A stretch of 64,000 bases of DNA from a virus. The translations under genes and the position numbers were made by a program. The notes beneath the pieces were generated by a model. The model had not been told where the DNA came from, did not search any database, and worked only from the letters and a program-made list of their open reading frames with translations. Positions 16,533-26,060 of this stretch are shown one piece after another. The DNA lies in the IMG/VR virus record IMGVR_UViG_3300022752_000021; one strand, given 5' to 3'. The first letter of the stretch is position 1; each line of letters begins with the position of its first letter.

Positions 16533-17792
16533 ATGTCGATTAAGAACAGCAGCACCAAGTCCGTCCGCAACACCAACAACGGAGTCACCATGTACAGCAA
16601 TCTTCAGACTCGTCAGCGTCGTTTCGTGGATACCATCGTCTCGCTCTACGGCAACGGTGACGGTGAACACAACTACACTCGCTCGCAAGTTCTCACTGCC
16701 TGTGAGAAGTGTGGCATGAGCGGTGCGCCTGTGTGGGTCACGAATGACCCGAAGCGTCGTGCGGGTCGCGGTCTTTACAACATTCCCGAAGCGGTCGCGG
16801 CTTGCGCTCCGTCTGCACCAAAGATTCGCGCGGCGGCAGTTGCGGCAGTTGTCGAGTCTGCTCCTGCACCTACGTCGGTTGCCGCTCTTGTCACTGAGGT
16901 TGAGAAGTTCATCCCTCAGACGAATCCGATCTACGTTCCGTGGGGTCACTTCTCCACTCTGCGCTCCATCGTCAAGTCGAAGGTGTTCTTCCCCGCGTGG
17001 ATCAACGGTCTGTCGGGCAACGGCAAGACTCTCATGGTCGAGCAGATTTGCGCGAAGGAAGGACGCGAGTTCTTCCGCGTCAATATCACGGAAGAGACTG
17101 ACGAAGACGATTTGCTTGGTGGCTTCCGTCTCATCAACGGCAACACTGTGTGGGTCGATGGTCCTGTGGTCGAAGCGATGAAGCGCGGTGCGGTTCTCCT
17201 CCTTGACGAACTTGATCTTGGTTCGTTCAAGACGATGTGCCTTCAGCCAGTGCTTGAAGGTAAGGGTGTCTTCCTCAAGAAGGTTGGTCGCTTCGTCAAG
17301 CCAGAGCGTGGTTTCACCGTGTTCGCAACGGCAAACACCAAGGGTAAGGGTAGCGACGATGGTCGCTTCGTCGGTACTCGCGTTCAGAATGAGGCTTTGC
17401 TTGAACGCTTCAAGGTGACTGTCGATCAACCATATCCGCCAGTTGCTACTGAGATTGCGATTCTCAGCAAGGCGTTCGATGCGCTTGGCGTTGACGCGGC
17501 GGTTGCCACGGTTCTGTCTGAAAACCTCTCGCGTTGGTCAGACTCTGTCCGCAAGGCATACGATGCGGGTGCGGTCGAAGATCTCATCTCAACTCGCCGT
17601 CTCGTTGCGATTGCCGAAGGCTATGTGATCTTCGGTGATCTCAAGACTGCGATGAACCTCGCGCTTGCGCGGTTCGATGAGAACACTCGCGAATCGTTCT
17701 ACTCGTTCTACAGCAAGATTGCGGATACCGCCACGGAACCACAAAAGAATGCGAAGTCTGAAGAGAAGTCTGATCAGACTGTCCCATTCTGA
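16533..17792 (+). CDS. MoxR/CbbQ/CobS-like AAA+ ATPase
   Basis: Walker A GLSGNGKT, Walker B LLLDELD, DDLLGG, ATANTKG, ISTRRL. Confidence 0.92.
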   Translation: MSIKNSSTKSVRNTNNGVTMYSNLQTRQRRFVDTIVSLYGNGDGEHNYTRSQVLTACEKCGMSGAPVWVTNDPKRRAGRGLYNIPEAVAACAPSAPKIRAAAVAAVVESAPAPTSVAALVTEVEKFIPQTNPIYVPWGHFSTLRSIVKSKVFFPAWINGLSGNGKTLMVEQICAKEGREFFRVNITEETDEDDLLGGFRLINGNTVWVDGPVVEAMKRGAVLLLDELDLGSFKTMCLQPVLEGKGVFLKKVGRFVKPERGFTVFATANTKGKGSDDGRFVGTRVQNEALLERFKVTVDQPYPPVATEIAILSKAFDALGVDAAVATVLSENLSRWSDSVRKAYDAGAVEDLISTRRLVAIAEGYVIFGDLKTAMNLALARFDENTRESFYSFYSKIADTATEPQKNAKSEEKSDQTVPF

Positions 17793-17824
17793 AAAAACAC
17801 ACAAACTCCAAGGAGAAACACACA

Positions 17825-18154
17825 ATGAGCAACATTCCAAGTTTCAACAGTGTCTGTGGTACTGTGGTCGAATCCCTCGCGGAGACGATCCTCAATCGTG
17901 AAGCCGTCATCGTTCAACTCCGACAAGAGAACGCGCGTCTTCAGAGTGAAGTTGAGGCAGGAGATACAGACGAGAGAAAGGTTTGGCAACTTCAGGATGA
18001 AGTTCGCACTCTCCGCGAAGACAACGCGGCTCTTCGGCGCGTGATCGAACGACAGAATGGTCGAATCGCAACACAGGCTCGACGTGATCCACGCGGCAAC
18101 ACTCCCTCAGACAGCGATCCGCAAACAGGAGTTCAATACGGAGATTTGACTTGA
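17825..18154 (+). CDS. Coiled-coil hypothetical protein
   Basis: Start motif; heptad pattern. Confidence 0.6.
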   Translation: MSNIPSFNSVCGTVVESLAETILNREAVIVQLRQENARLQSEVEAGDTDERKVWQLQDEVRTLREDNAALRRVIERQNGRIATQARRDPRGNTPSDSDPQTGVQYGDLT

Positions 18155-18238
18155 CCTGAATAGAACTTGTAAGCGACCGCAAACTCAAAATTTGTTTTCT
18201 GTTTTTCAAAATTCAAACTTCAGTAGGAGAAACTCACA

Positions 18239-18505
18239 ATGGCTCGCAAGCCCATCAATCCAAACATCATCAATTGGGACACCGTCGAAAGCACTCTCAA
18301 CAGCGGCAAGACAAACTTCAAGACTCTTGGCAAGTTGACTGGCGTTTCAGCGTCCACCATTCGTCGCCTGATGCTCTCTCGCTACGGTACTCGCATTGCA
18401 CTCAAGCGCGGTCGCGCCGTTGGTGGTATCGTGTGGAACAATCAAACTCCACAGTCTGTGCCACCGCAAAGTTCTGATCAAAACGACGAAACCACCAACT
18501 CCTAA
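18239..18505 (+). CDS. HTH DNA-binding protein
   Basis: [17 protein letters not shown]. Confidence 0.65.
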   Translation: MARKPINPNIINWDTVESTLNSGKTNFKTLGKLTGVSASTIRRLMLSRYGTRIALKRGRAVGGIVWNNQTPQSVPPQSSDQNDETTNS

Positions 18506-18525
18506 AACACAGAGGGAAACACACA

Positions 18526-18813
18526 ATGAGTTCTGAAACTTACAATGGGTGGTCAAACCACAGCACATGGAACATTTCGCTCTGGCTTTCAAACGACGAG
18601 AATCTTTACAAGACTTCGGTGAATGCTGTTGACAGACTTCATGCCCGTGGTAATCTTCCAACTGCGGAATGGGCAAAGGCATTCGTCAGCATCGCGTTCG
18701 ATGACCACTACCGCAAGCAGCAGACTCCCGATGGAGTCACGGTTGATGACCCGACGATCAACTGGCAGCAGATTGCCGACATGCTTCGCGAACTTGCAAC
18801 TGTCACCTCCTGA
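18526..18813 (+). CDS. Conserved phage early protein
   Basis: [23 protein letters not shown]...TPDGV. Confidence 0.7.
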   Translation: MSSETYNGWSNHSTWNISLWLSNDENLYKTSVNAVDRLHARGNLPTAEWAKAFVSIAFDDHYRKQQTPDGVTVDDPTINWQQIADMLRELATVTS

Positions 18814-18837
18814 AACTGAGAAAGAGAGAAACACACA

Positions 18838-19140
18838 ATGAGCAACGACGAAGATACCTTCTACCACGATTACCTCGACCGCACCCTCATTGCGCTTGAG
18901 GAGGACTACGACGAAGACGAAGAGGAGTGGGAAGAAGAGGAAGAAGACGAGTGGGGTGACGAGTTGTCTGATGATGACGATGATGAAGAGGACTTCGAAG
19001 AGGAAGACGAAGATGAATGGGACGAAGAAGACCTCGACAGCGAAGAAGACGAATTCGAAGACGAAGAGGACTTCGAAGATGACGAAGAAGAAGAGTGGGA
19101 AGGTGAAGACGAAGATGAGTACTTCGACAACGATGAGTGA
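18838..19140 (+). CDS. Extremely acidic protein (DNA-mimic candidate)
   Basis: Mostly D/E with interspersed W/F/Y; start motif present. Confidence 0.7.
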   Translation: MSNDEDTFYHDYLDRTLIALEEDYDEDEEEWEEEEEDEWGDELSDDDDDEEDFEEEDEDEWDEEDLDSEEDEFEDEEDFEDDEEEEWEGEDEDEYFDNDE

Positions 19141-19196
19141 GTGAATGCATAGTCTGTCTTTCTGAGAACACAAAACTCCAACAAAGGAAACTCACA

Positions 19197-19601
19197 ATGA
19201 GCAGCAACTCGACCGCAAAGACCGTCGCAGAAACCGCCATCCTCAAGTGCATGGAGAGTGAGGTGGGCAAGAAGATCATTGTTTCCAAGATCCTCGCGCT
19301 CAATGATGAGAATCGTCGCCTCAAGAACAAGTACAACGAGGCACGAATTGCAGTGTTCTCTCTCAACGAAGTTTCGCTGATTCTCTCAAAGATCATCGAA
19401 CACAATTACAAGATCTATGCCGATACTGGCATTCCGATGGACTCGACTTCCAAGGTTCTCAACAACAAACTTAAGAACTTCACGTTGGAGAACTTCGGAG
19501 AGACGATGGTGATTCGCATTGAGGAAATTCTCCACGACACCGATGGGGATGATCTGTTGCTTCGTGACCTTGTCGGAAAGGAACCAATTGCCAATGGCTA
19601 A
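19197..19601 (+). CDS. Hypothetical protein
   Basis: AAACTCACAATG start motif. Confidence 0.6.
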   Translation: MSSNSTAKTVAETAILKCMESEVGKKIIVSKILALNDENRRLKNKYNEARIAVFSLNEVSLILSKIIEHNYKIYADTGIPMDSTSKVLNNKLKNFTLENFGETMVIRIEEILHDTDGDDLLLRDLVGKEPIANG

Positions 19602-19959
19602 AATCAAATTTCTGCTTGTCACAGAAGATCTGATTTCATACATCGTCACAACTCCATTTGAGCAAGTCTGCGAACTTGTTGCATGGCTTGAAGGCATTCG
19701 GGGAAATGCAAAGTTCGTAGATGATCCAGTTGCATGGCTACCAAGCGGATCATTTGCAAACATCATCGTCACAGAGGATGATGTTGATGATCTTCCAAAC
19801 AACGCACAAACCGCGATGCTTGGTGAATGCAATCAGATGTTGTATGAGTGTCATGGAACACTGATGGTCGATGACAATGACTCTGTGTTCTATTGGGTGC
19901 GCGACAACAAGAACATCGAAGAGTGGAAGTTACCTTCGATGCTTGCAAAGGGAGAGTAA
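19594..19959 (+). CDS. Hypothetical protein
   Basis: AAGGA RBS; overlaps the previous gene. Confidence 0.55.
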   Translation: MAKIKFLLVTEDLISYIVTTPFEQVCELVAWLEGIRGNAKFVDDPVAWLPSGSFANIIVTEDDVDDLPNNAQTAMLGECNQMLYECHGTLMVDDNDSVFYWVRDNKNIEEWKLPSMLAKGE

Positions 19960-19972
19960 AAGTTTTGGGTTT

Positions 19973-20045
19973 GCTCCCGTAGCGTAGAGGATAGCGCGGG
20001 TCTTTCCTAAAGACCAGGTCATAGGTTCGAATCCTATCGGGAGCG
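19973..20045 (+). tRNA. tRNA-Arg(CCU)
   Basis: GGTCT-TTCCTAA-AGACC; canonical cloverleaf. Confidence 0.92.
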
Positions 20046-20259
20046 TTTGGAGAATTCACAATGCCAAAAGACGAAACTCAAAATGTGGAAACTCGCAAAC
20101 GACTTGATGACATTTACTATGAAGTTCGAATTGGAACTTCAATGTTGGTGTTTCTCATCATCGCAAACATTCTGATTCTTTCTGCTAGTTTGCTTGGCTT
20201 TGTGGTGTGGCTTGACACCACTCAAACCACCAAGTAAGATACACACACAGGAGGCTCAT

Positions 20260-20460
20260 ATGCCAAAGCGAGTCATCGACAGGTTCGACTTGGAAGCGGA
20301 GCGCGAAGGTGCAGCAGTAGTCAAGCACAATCGCACAATCTGCAAGCCGTTCGGAAACGGCAAGGGCATCATCAAGCAACGCAAGATGCACAGTGATGCA
20401 GAGGCAATGATCGAACGCAAGACTGTGAAGTTCTCATTCGAAAGGATCGCATATGCGTAA
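20260..20460 (+). CDS. Hypothetical protein
   Basis: TTGACA-N17-TAAGAT promoter, AGGAGG RBS. Confidence 0.55.
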   Translation: MPKRVIDRFDLEAEREGAAVVKHNRTICKPFGNGKGIIKQRKMHSDAEAMIERKTVKFSFERIAYA

Positions 20461-20665
20461 TTGTGAAGATTGTGGAAATGAGATTCCAACCGCTCGACTT
20501 GAGTTCTTGCCTGATGCAAAGCACTGCGTGAAGTGCAGCGACAAACACACATTCAAGTATCATGCGAGAATCATCTACTCGCACAAGACAGCGGGTGAAT
20601 TGTTCGTGGCACGGACATCACAGGGAGCGCAACGATTGGAACGCGAATACGCGCGTGGTCGGTGA
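20453..20665 (+). CDS. TraR/DksA C4 zinc-finger protein
   Basis: CEDCGNEIPTARLEFLPDAKHCVKC. Confidence 0.8.
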   Translation: MRNCEDCGNEIPTARLEFLPDAKHCVKCSDKHTFKYHARIIYSHKTAGELFVARTSQGAQRLEREYARGR

Positions 20666-20688
20666 AAACTCACACAAGGAAACACACA

Positions 20689-21000
20689 ATGGAAAACACT
20701 GATACCGTTTCTGATTCTCTAAACCGTCTTAACCTTGTCGCCTCTGATTACAATCGCGGGTTCACGATGACTTTCTCCAATCGTGTCACGGTTTCCGTCC
20801 GTTGGGGTAGTGCGAACTACTCTGATGGCAAGACCACCGCAGAGGTCGCGGCATGGGATGCCGATACGCACGAATGGGTACATGTTGTTGGATATGACTA
20901 CGACGGTGATGATGTCCTTGGGCGGCTCACCACGAACGAGGTTGCAAGGTTCCTCTATGCAGCATCGACCATGCCTTCCGCAATGAAGTCAAACTCTTGA
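20689..21000 (+). CDS. Conserved phage hypothetical protein
   Basis: GFTMTFSNRVTVSVRWG...AEVAAW...DDVLG. Confidence 0.65.
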   Translation: MENTDTVSDSLNRLNLVASDYNRGFTMTFSNRVTVSVRWGSANYSDGKTTAEVAAWDADTHEWVHVVGYDYDGDDVLGRLTTNEVARFLYAASTMPSAMKSNS

Positions 21001-21010
21001 GGAGAATCGC

Positions 21011-21319
21011 ATGAGCATACCAAAAGATTACATTCTTGTTCGTGAGCAAGTGGGAGGTCAACCACGAAGCGAGATGGTCTTTCTGATCTACGAAGATTCG
21101 GGTGGAAAATATGGAAGCCTGATTCAATACTGTGGTGTAGAAAGAAAACCAACACCAGAGTTCTACTGTACTCTGAAATCTCCCATAACAGAGAGTGAAT
21201 CCATCGAATTGGTTCAATTTGACAGGTTCTACAACATTGACTTGCTACGCAAACTTTGGGTTTCGATGACTTCCCACCAAGGCTTCGGGGGAAAGAAGTA
21301 CGAGGTTTCGAAAGAATGA
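21011..21319 (+). CDS. Hypothetical protein
   Basis: GAGGAG RBS. Confidence 0.55.
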   Translation: MSIPKDYILVREQVGGQPRSEMVFLIYEDSGGKYGSLIQYCGVERKPTPEFYCTLKSPITESESIELVQFDRFYNIDLLRKLWVSMTSHQGFGGKKYEVSKE

Positions 21320-21690
21320 GACAAGTAAAAACTCACACTTTGCGATACATAGAATTCAACCACAACGTCTGGGTGTTCTCGTTTCAAGACTACGGAGATC
21401 ATTATCGTGTTCGGATGGATGGTCCTTGTGATTTTCCTATCACTCTTCCAACCAATGATCCAGTTGTGAAAGGATGTGAATACAACAAATTCACATTCTT
21501 TTCGGGTGCTGTTTGGAGAGTGCATGTCGATGTGGCACGGGTCATCTACTCTACGCTCGTAGCGCAAGGCTTCGTGAAAGCAGAATACAGTCCTCACATG
21601 GAGAATCGTGATGATGACTCGACGTTCGATTCGTACTATAAGGAAGAGGCAGATGCAAACAATGCATACTTCTTGGGGAACTACAAATGA
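21316..21690 (+). CDS. Hypothetical protein
   Basis: ATGA coupling. Confidence 0.55.
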   Translation: MRQVKTHTLRYIEFNHNVWVFSFQDYGDHYRVRMDGPCDFPITLPTNDPVVKGCEYNKFTFFSGAVWRVHVDVARVIYSTLVAQGFVKAEYSPHMENRDDDSTFDSYYKEEADANNAYFLGNYK

Positions 21691-21902
21691 GTGAAGAACA
21701 AAAACTTCGTGAGAGAATTCGGGATCTAGAACTGCGAATTGGTGATGCTTCAATGTTGCTTGCAGATTGGAATGGCTACTACAATCCCGAAACCCGAACA
21801 GGAAACACAGTCGAACTTGCAAAACTCATAGAGGATGGATATAAAATTCTACAGGGCAAGAGTTGGAGAAACTTCACAAACTACGGAGGAGAACAGCCAT
21901 GA
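21687..21902 (+). CDS. Hypothetical protein
   Basis: ATGA coupling. Confidence 0.55.
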   Translation: MSEEQKLRERIRDLELRIGDASMLLADWNGYYNPETRTGNTVELAKLIEDGYKILQGKSWRNFTNYGGEQP

Positions 21903-22046
21903 CCATGACAGAGATTGGTATCGTGTTAGTGATTGCGGGATGCTCATTCCTCATGGGATGGTATCTAGGCAGAGTTCATCTCATGTTGGATGACATGATC
22001 AAGCGGTATGATAGAAGGAAGTAATAGAGAGAAATAGATAGAGTTG

Positions 22047-22832
22047 ATGCTTACAAAGACCACACTCTTCCTCTCTGACCTCCACCTTGCTTCCAACAAA
22101 TGCAAAGCCTCAAGACTGAAGGAATTCCTAAAGGAAGACGAATCGCACAATGTCTTCCTTGTTGGTGATATCCTCGACATCTGGCGATTCCAACAGGCAT
22201 TTCGAATGGATGCAAAGACACAGACAGATCATGTCGATTGCATACGGAAGTTGCTAAAGAAGGGGAAGTCTGGTGAAGTTCATTACATTTGGGGAAACCA
22301 TGATGAGTTCATGCATCGGTTCTCTGAGTCAAAGTCTTTCGGTGGTATTCACCTACACGAACGCTGCGAGTACACAGCATCGGACGGTCGCCGCTATCTT
22401 GTACTGCACGGACACCAGTTTGATCTAGTGTGCAAATACAAGATCGGAACATTCATTTCCAAGATCGGGGACATGGGGTACGAGATACTCATCGAAGTGA
22501 ATGACTGGTACAATTGGGTGAGGCGGAAACTTGGATTTCGATACTCATCATTGTCAAAGTTCATAAAGGTCAAGTTCAAGAAGGCAACGATGTTCATAGG
22601 AAGTTTCGAAAAGCATCTTGCCGAATACGCAGAGAAGCACGGGTACGATGGAGTGATCTGCGGACACATTCATGAGCCAGCAGACAAGATGATTGGGAAG
22701 ATTCACTACATGAACTGTGGATGCTGGACGGATGAGGAGAACCTGACTTACATTCGTGACATTGGAAAAGGATTAGAACTATGCAAGTACCAACAAAGTG
22801 GCAAAAACTCAGATGGCAAGCAGAAGATGTGA
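22047..22832 (+). CDS. Calcineurin-like metallophosphoesterase, UDP-2,3-diacylglucosamine hydrolase (LpxH-like) family
   Basis: SDLHL, VGDILD, WGNHDE, LHGHQFD, GHIH motifs plus YDGVICG. Confidence 0.8.
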   Translation: MLTKTTLFLSDLHLASNKCKASRLKEFLKEDESHNVFLVGDILDIWRFQQAFRMDAKTQTDHVDCIRKLLKKGKSGEVHYIWGNHDEFMHRFSESKSFGGIHLHERCEYTASDGRRYLVLHGHQFDLVCKYKIGTFISKIGDMGYEILIEVNDWYNWVRRKLGFRYSSLSKFIKVKFKKATMFIGSFEKHLAEYAEKHGYDGVICGHIHEPADKMIGKIHYMNCGCWTDEENLTYIRDIGKGLELCKYQQSGKNSDGKQKM

Positions 22833-22938
22833 TTTTCTATATTCCAATTCATGTGATGTTTCTTCTGGCTGCTATTTGCATGAGTGCATTGTTTCTCGTT
22901 TATGATGGAGTGGAATTCATAGTAAGAAAGATCCTCAA

Positions 22939-23130
22939 ATGAAAACTCTCTTTGCATTCTTCATAGTCTTTTTTGTAATTGCCGTAGTGTTCCGTTGGGC
23001 ATGGAACTTCTTTCTACGAGACTTCTGTATAGTTCTACTGCCACCAAGAGATCATCCAAAGGCAGAGGAGATGGAAGGTTTGTTCAATGCCTATGACAAG
23101 GCATTCACGGAGAAGAAGAGAAAGAACTAG
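22939..23130 (+). CDS. Small membrane protein
   Basis: N-terminal TM segment. Confidence 0.45.
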   Translation: MKTLFAFFIVFFVIAVVFRWAWNFFLRDFCIVLLPPRDHPKAEEMEGLFNAYDKAFTEKKRKN

Positions 23131-23401
23131 GAACTTTGGGAAATCGGTTTGGTGACAAAAAATTGCCAAGCCGATTTTTCATTTTCGACATAGGGCAAAA
23201 TAAAAGTGGGGGTAGGGGGTGGGGGGTGTATGGGAAAGAGATGGGGAGTTTGGGAAATGTTTTTGAGAGGAAAATGGGGAAGGCTGCATTGCCAATTTAC
23301 AGCACCCATGTCAACCCCAAAAACACTGTTCCAAGCAAGATTTTCAAAGATTCTTGCCTTACCGCATGTCCGAATAATACCCCCAAAATCACCGATTTGG
23401 C

Positions 23402-23497
23402 GTAAGTCCTGATATTCCCAAGACTTAGAATCTTTGCCATTTTTGATTCCATACGCTCAAGCGGATTGTCGTAAGTGCCGATTTAGAGTATACTTAC
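23402..23497. promoter_or_regulatory. Two GTAAGT-N15-ACTTA palindromes, the second overlapping a TATACT -10 box
   Basis: 23402-23427 and 23471-23497. Confidence 0.6.
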
Positions 23498-23502
23498 AGC
23501 AT

Positions 23503-26040
23503 ATGGATATCACCATGAACACCGCTAACACCGCTCGCAACTCCATTCTCGCGCGTCTTCTCGCGTCTGAAAATCTCACGGTCGAACATTCGCCGTCTTG
23601 CCAGACTGCGTACTTCGAATTGGATTCTCGCCGTCTTGTCCTTCCTCAATGGGACAACAAGGATCAGAGCGTCTATGACTTCCTTGTGGGTCACGAAGTT
23701 GGTCACGCGAAGTACACTCCCGCTGCTGCATGGAAGGAAGCAAGTGTTCGCATCGGTGGCACGAAGAATGCCATGCTTGCGAAGGACTATATCAATGTGA
23801 TTGAAGACGCTCGCATTGAGCGCATGATCAAGCGCGAGTTTCCTGGTCTTCGTCGCGACTTCGTCAACGGCTACCAAGCACTCAGCAACATGAATCTCTT
23901 CGATCTCAATGGTCGCGACATCGCTTCGTTGTCCACCATCGACCGCTTGAACATTCACTTCAAGATGGGCATTCACCTTGGCGTTGAAGTTCCATTCAGC
24001 GCGGAAGAGATGAAGTTCGTTGAAGCGATCAATGCCGCGCGTACCTTCGATGATGTCGTTGCCATCGCTTCGGAAGTTTATGAATTCGCGAAGAATCAGA
24101 AGCGCGAAGAAGAAGCGCAGACGAACGTCAAGCCACAACAAGGAGAAGACAAGAACGAACGCAAGCAAGAACGCGCTTCGAAGTCTTCGCAAGAGGACGG
24201 CGACAACGGCGAAGAGGAGAACGAACAAAGCCAGAGCGGTGATGAAGATGGCGAAGAGGGTGAATCTTCCGATACTCGCGATGCGGGTGAAGAAGACGGT
24301 GAAGACACCGATGGTCAAGGTGAAGACGCTGAAGGCGAGGAAGACGGCGAGCGTCGTGCTGGTGGCGAAGATTCGGATGAAGAGTCCGATGACGATGGTT
24401 CTACTGCGGAAGCCTCAGACGAGACGGACGAAGCCTCAGCGCAAGATGCTGAAGACGAGAACGAAGTCACCCCTGATGCGGCTTCGACCGTTGGTGAGAT
24501 GGAGAAGGCAATGCAGAAGTTCGTGACCGATTCGAAGATCGATTGGAACATTCGCGTTCCGCAAATTGATATTTCGAAGATCTTGGTTTCGACCGACGAG
24601 TTCATCGAACTGATGAATCGTAGCAAGCCAGCAACAACTCACACTGCCGATGTGAACACTATCGAACGCGCTGGTGGCATGGCAAAGTACCTTGACGAAC
24701 AAGCCGCTGAGATGTTCAAGGAACTCACCGAAGAGAATCGCCGCGCGGTTGATCAGATGTGCCGTCGCTTCGAAACTCGCCGCGCGGCTCGCAACTATGC
24801 GCGTGAGTCGAGCGCGAAGACGGGTCGCATCTCTTGCCGCAATCTCGCAAAGTACAAGTTCAGCGAAGACATCTTTGAGCGCATGACCATCAAGCGCGAC
24901 GAGAAGAACCACGGCATCGTCATCCTCCTCGACTGGTCGGGTTCGATGTCTAGCATGATCAACGAGACGATTAGCCAACTCGCGGCACTCCTGATGTTCT
25001 GCCGTCGCGTCGGTATTCCTGCCGAAGTGTACTTCTTCAACAGCATGTACAGCAAGTTCTGCGATGATCTTTTCAATAAGCAAAATGCAACTGCGATTCT
25101 GAATGCACCAGCAGGAAATGTGCCATCTCGTTCGAACTGCCTTCGTTGGGGTATGAGTACGCAAGGTTGTGTTTGGGATTCGCACAATGAGCGCATCGCG
25201 TTCACCGAACATGTTTGCAAACTTCCTGCTGGCACGGTCAAGCAAGGCTACACCGCGATGTACGAACCGTTCAGTCTTGTTCAGGTCTACAATCAGAACA
25301 TGGACAACAAGACCTTTGCCAATGTGATGGGTCGCTTGGCATTCCTTGGCAAGATGGTCAGCGGTCGCTGCCGCGTCACTCCACCAGACTCGTTGATGCT
25401 TGGTACTACTCCACTTGATGAGTCGATCCTTGCAATGCGTGACATTGTCAACAACTTCCGAAAGTCCAGCAATAGCAAGGTGACTCTCATCACCCTCACC
25501 GATGGTGAAGGCATGAGCGTCATCAATCGCGTTCATGCTCCAGATTCGCTCAGGGAGCATAAGACTGAGAGCGGTCGCATTCGCCGCGTCTCTAACGTGA
25601 TGATCGATGCAGCGAATGGTCGCCGTTACACCGATACGCACAGCAACACCGCTGTGGTCAACATGTTCAAGGATGCCACGGGTTGTGATGTGGTTGGCAT
25701 CATGATGGTTGCTAGCAAACTCTCCTACTGCTCGACTCTTGATCGTCTTGCAACGAAGGACAATGACACTTTCGAAATTCGTCGCCAGAAGATCGAAGCC
25801 TGTTACAAGAAGTTCGAAGAAGAAAAGTTCGTTGCAGTGAATGCAGAGGGATACGCGGGATACTTCTTCGTGCAAATTGAGAATCGTCTCATGGCAGACC
25901 GCGAAGCCAAGGTGGAAGAGCGCAAGTTGGAGAAGATGAAGAACAAGAAGGTTGCCGCGACTCGCGCATTCATTGCTGCGATGAAGCGTCAAGAAGTCAA
26001 TCGCATGTTCCTCAACCGTCTCATGGACATCGTTGCCTAA
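23503..26040 (+). CDS. Metallopeptidase-like + acidic linker + vWA domain protein (CobT-like partner of the MoxR ATPase)
   Basis: GHEVGH, NVIEDARIE, acidic linker, MIDAS DWSGSM, TPL, LTDGE. Confidence 0.88.
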   Translation: MDITMNTANTARNSILARLLASENLTVEHSPSCQTAYFELDSRRLVLPQWDNKDQSVYDFLVGHEVGHAKYTPAAAWKEASVRIGGTKNAMLAKDYINVIEDARIERMIKREFPGLRRDFVNGYQALSNMNLFDLNGRDIASLSTIDRLNIHFKMGIHLGVEVPFSAEEMKFVEAINAARTFDDVVAIASEVYEFAKNQKREEEAQTNVKPQQGEDKNERKQERASKSSQEDGDNGEEENEQSQSGDEDGEEGESSDTRDAGEEDGEDTDGQGEDAEGEEDGERRAGGEDSDEESDDDGSTAEASDETDEASAQDAEDENEVTPDAASTVGEMEKAMQKFVTDSKIDWNIRVPQIDISKILVSTDEFIELMNRSKPATTHTADVNTIERAGGMAKYLDEQAAEMFKELTEENRRAVDQMCRRFETRRAARNYARESSAKTGRISCRNLAKYKFSEDIFERMTIKRDEKNHGIVILLDWSGSMSSMINETISQLAALLMFCRRVGIPAEVYFFNSMYSKFCDDLFNKQNATAILNAPAGNVPSRSNCLRWGMSTQGCVWDSHNERIAFTEHVCKLPAGTVKQGYTAMYEPFSLVQVYNQNMDNKTFANVMGRLAFLGKMVSGRCRVTPPDSLMLGTTPLDESILAMRDIVNNFRKSSNSKVTLITLTDGEGMSVINRVHAPDSLREHKTESGRIRRVSNVMIDAANGRRYTDTHSNTAVVNMFKDATGCDVVGIMMVASKLSYCSTLDRLATKDNDTFEIRRQKIEACYKKFEEEKFVAVNAEGYAGYFFVQIENRLMADREAKVEERKLEKMKNKKVAATRAFIAAMKRQEVNRMFLNRLMDIVA

Positions 26041-26060
26041 ACCAAAGGAGGAAACTCACA

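Noticed and set aside
24436-25992. Long antisense ORFs (also 368-1018, 16518-17429, 23494-24318, 18887-19405)
   Set aside because: Shadows of codon-biased sense genes, with no RBS or recognisable motifs
16533-26040. CobS/CobT-like pair plus B12-dependent nrdJ read as a cobalamin synthesis module
   Set aside because: MoxR AAA+/vWA pairs are common in T4-like phages; there is no cobN or other cob gene here, so a chaperone-type role is more likely
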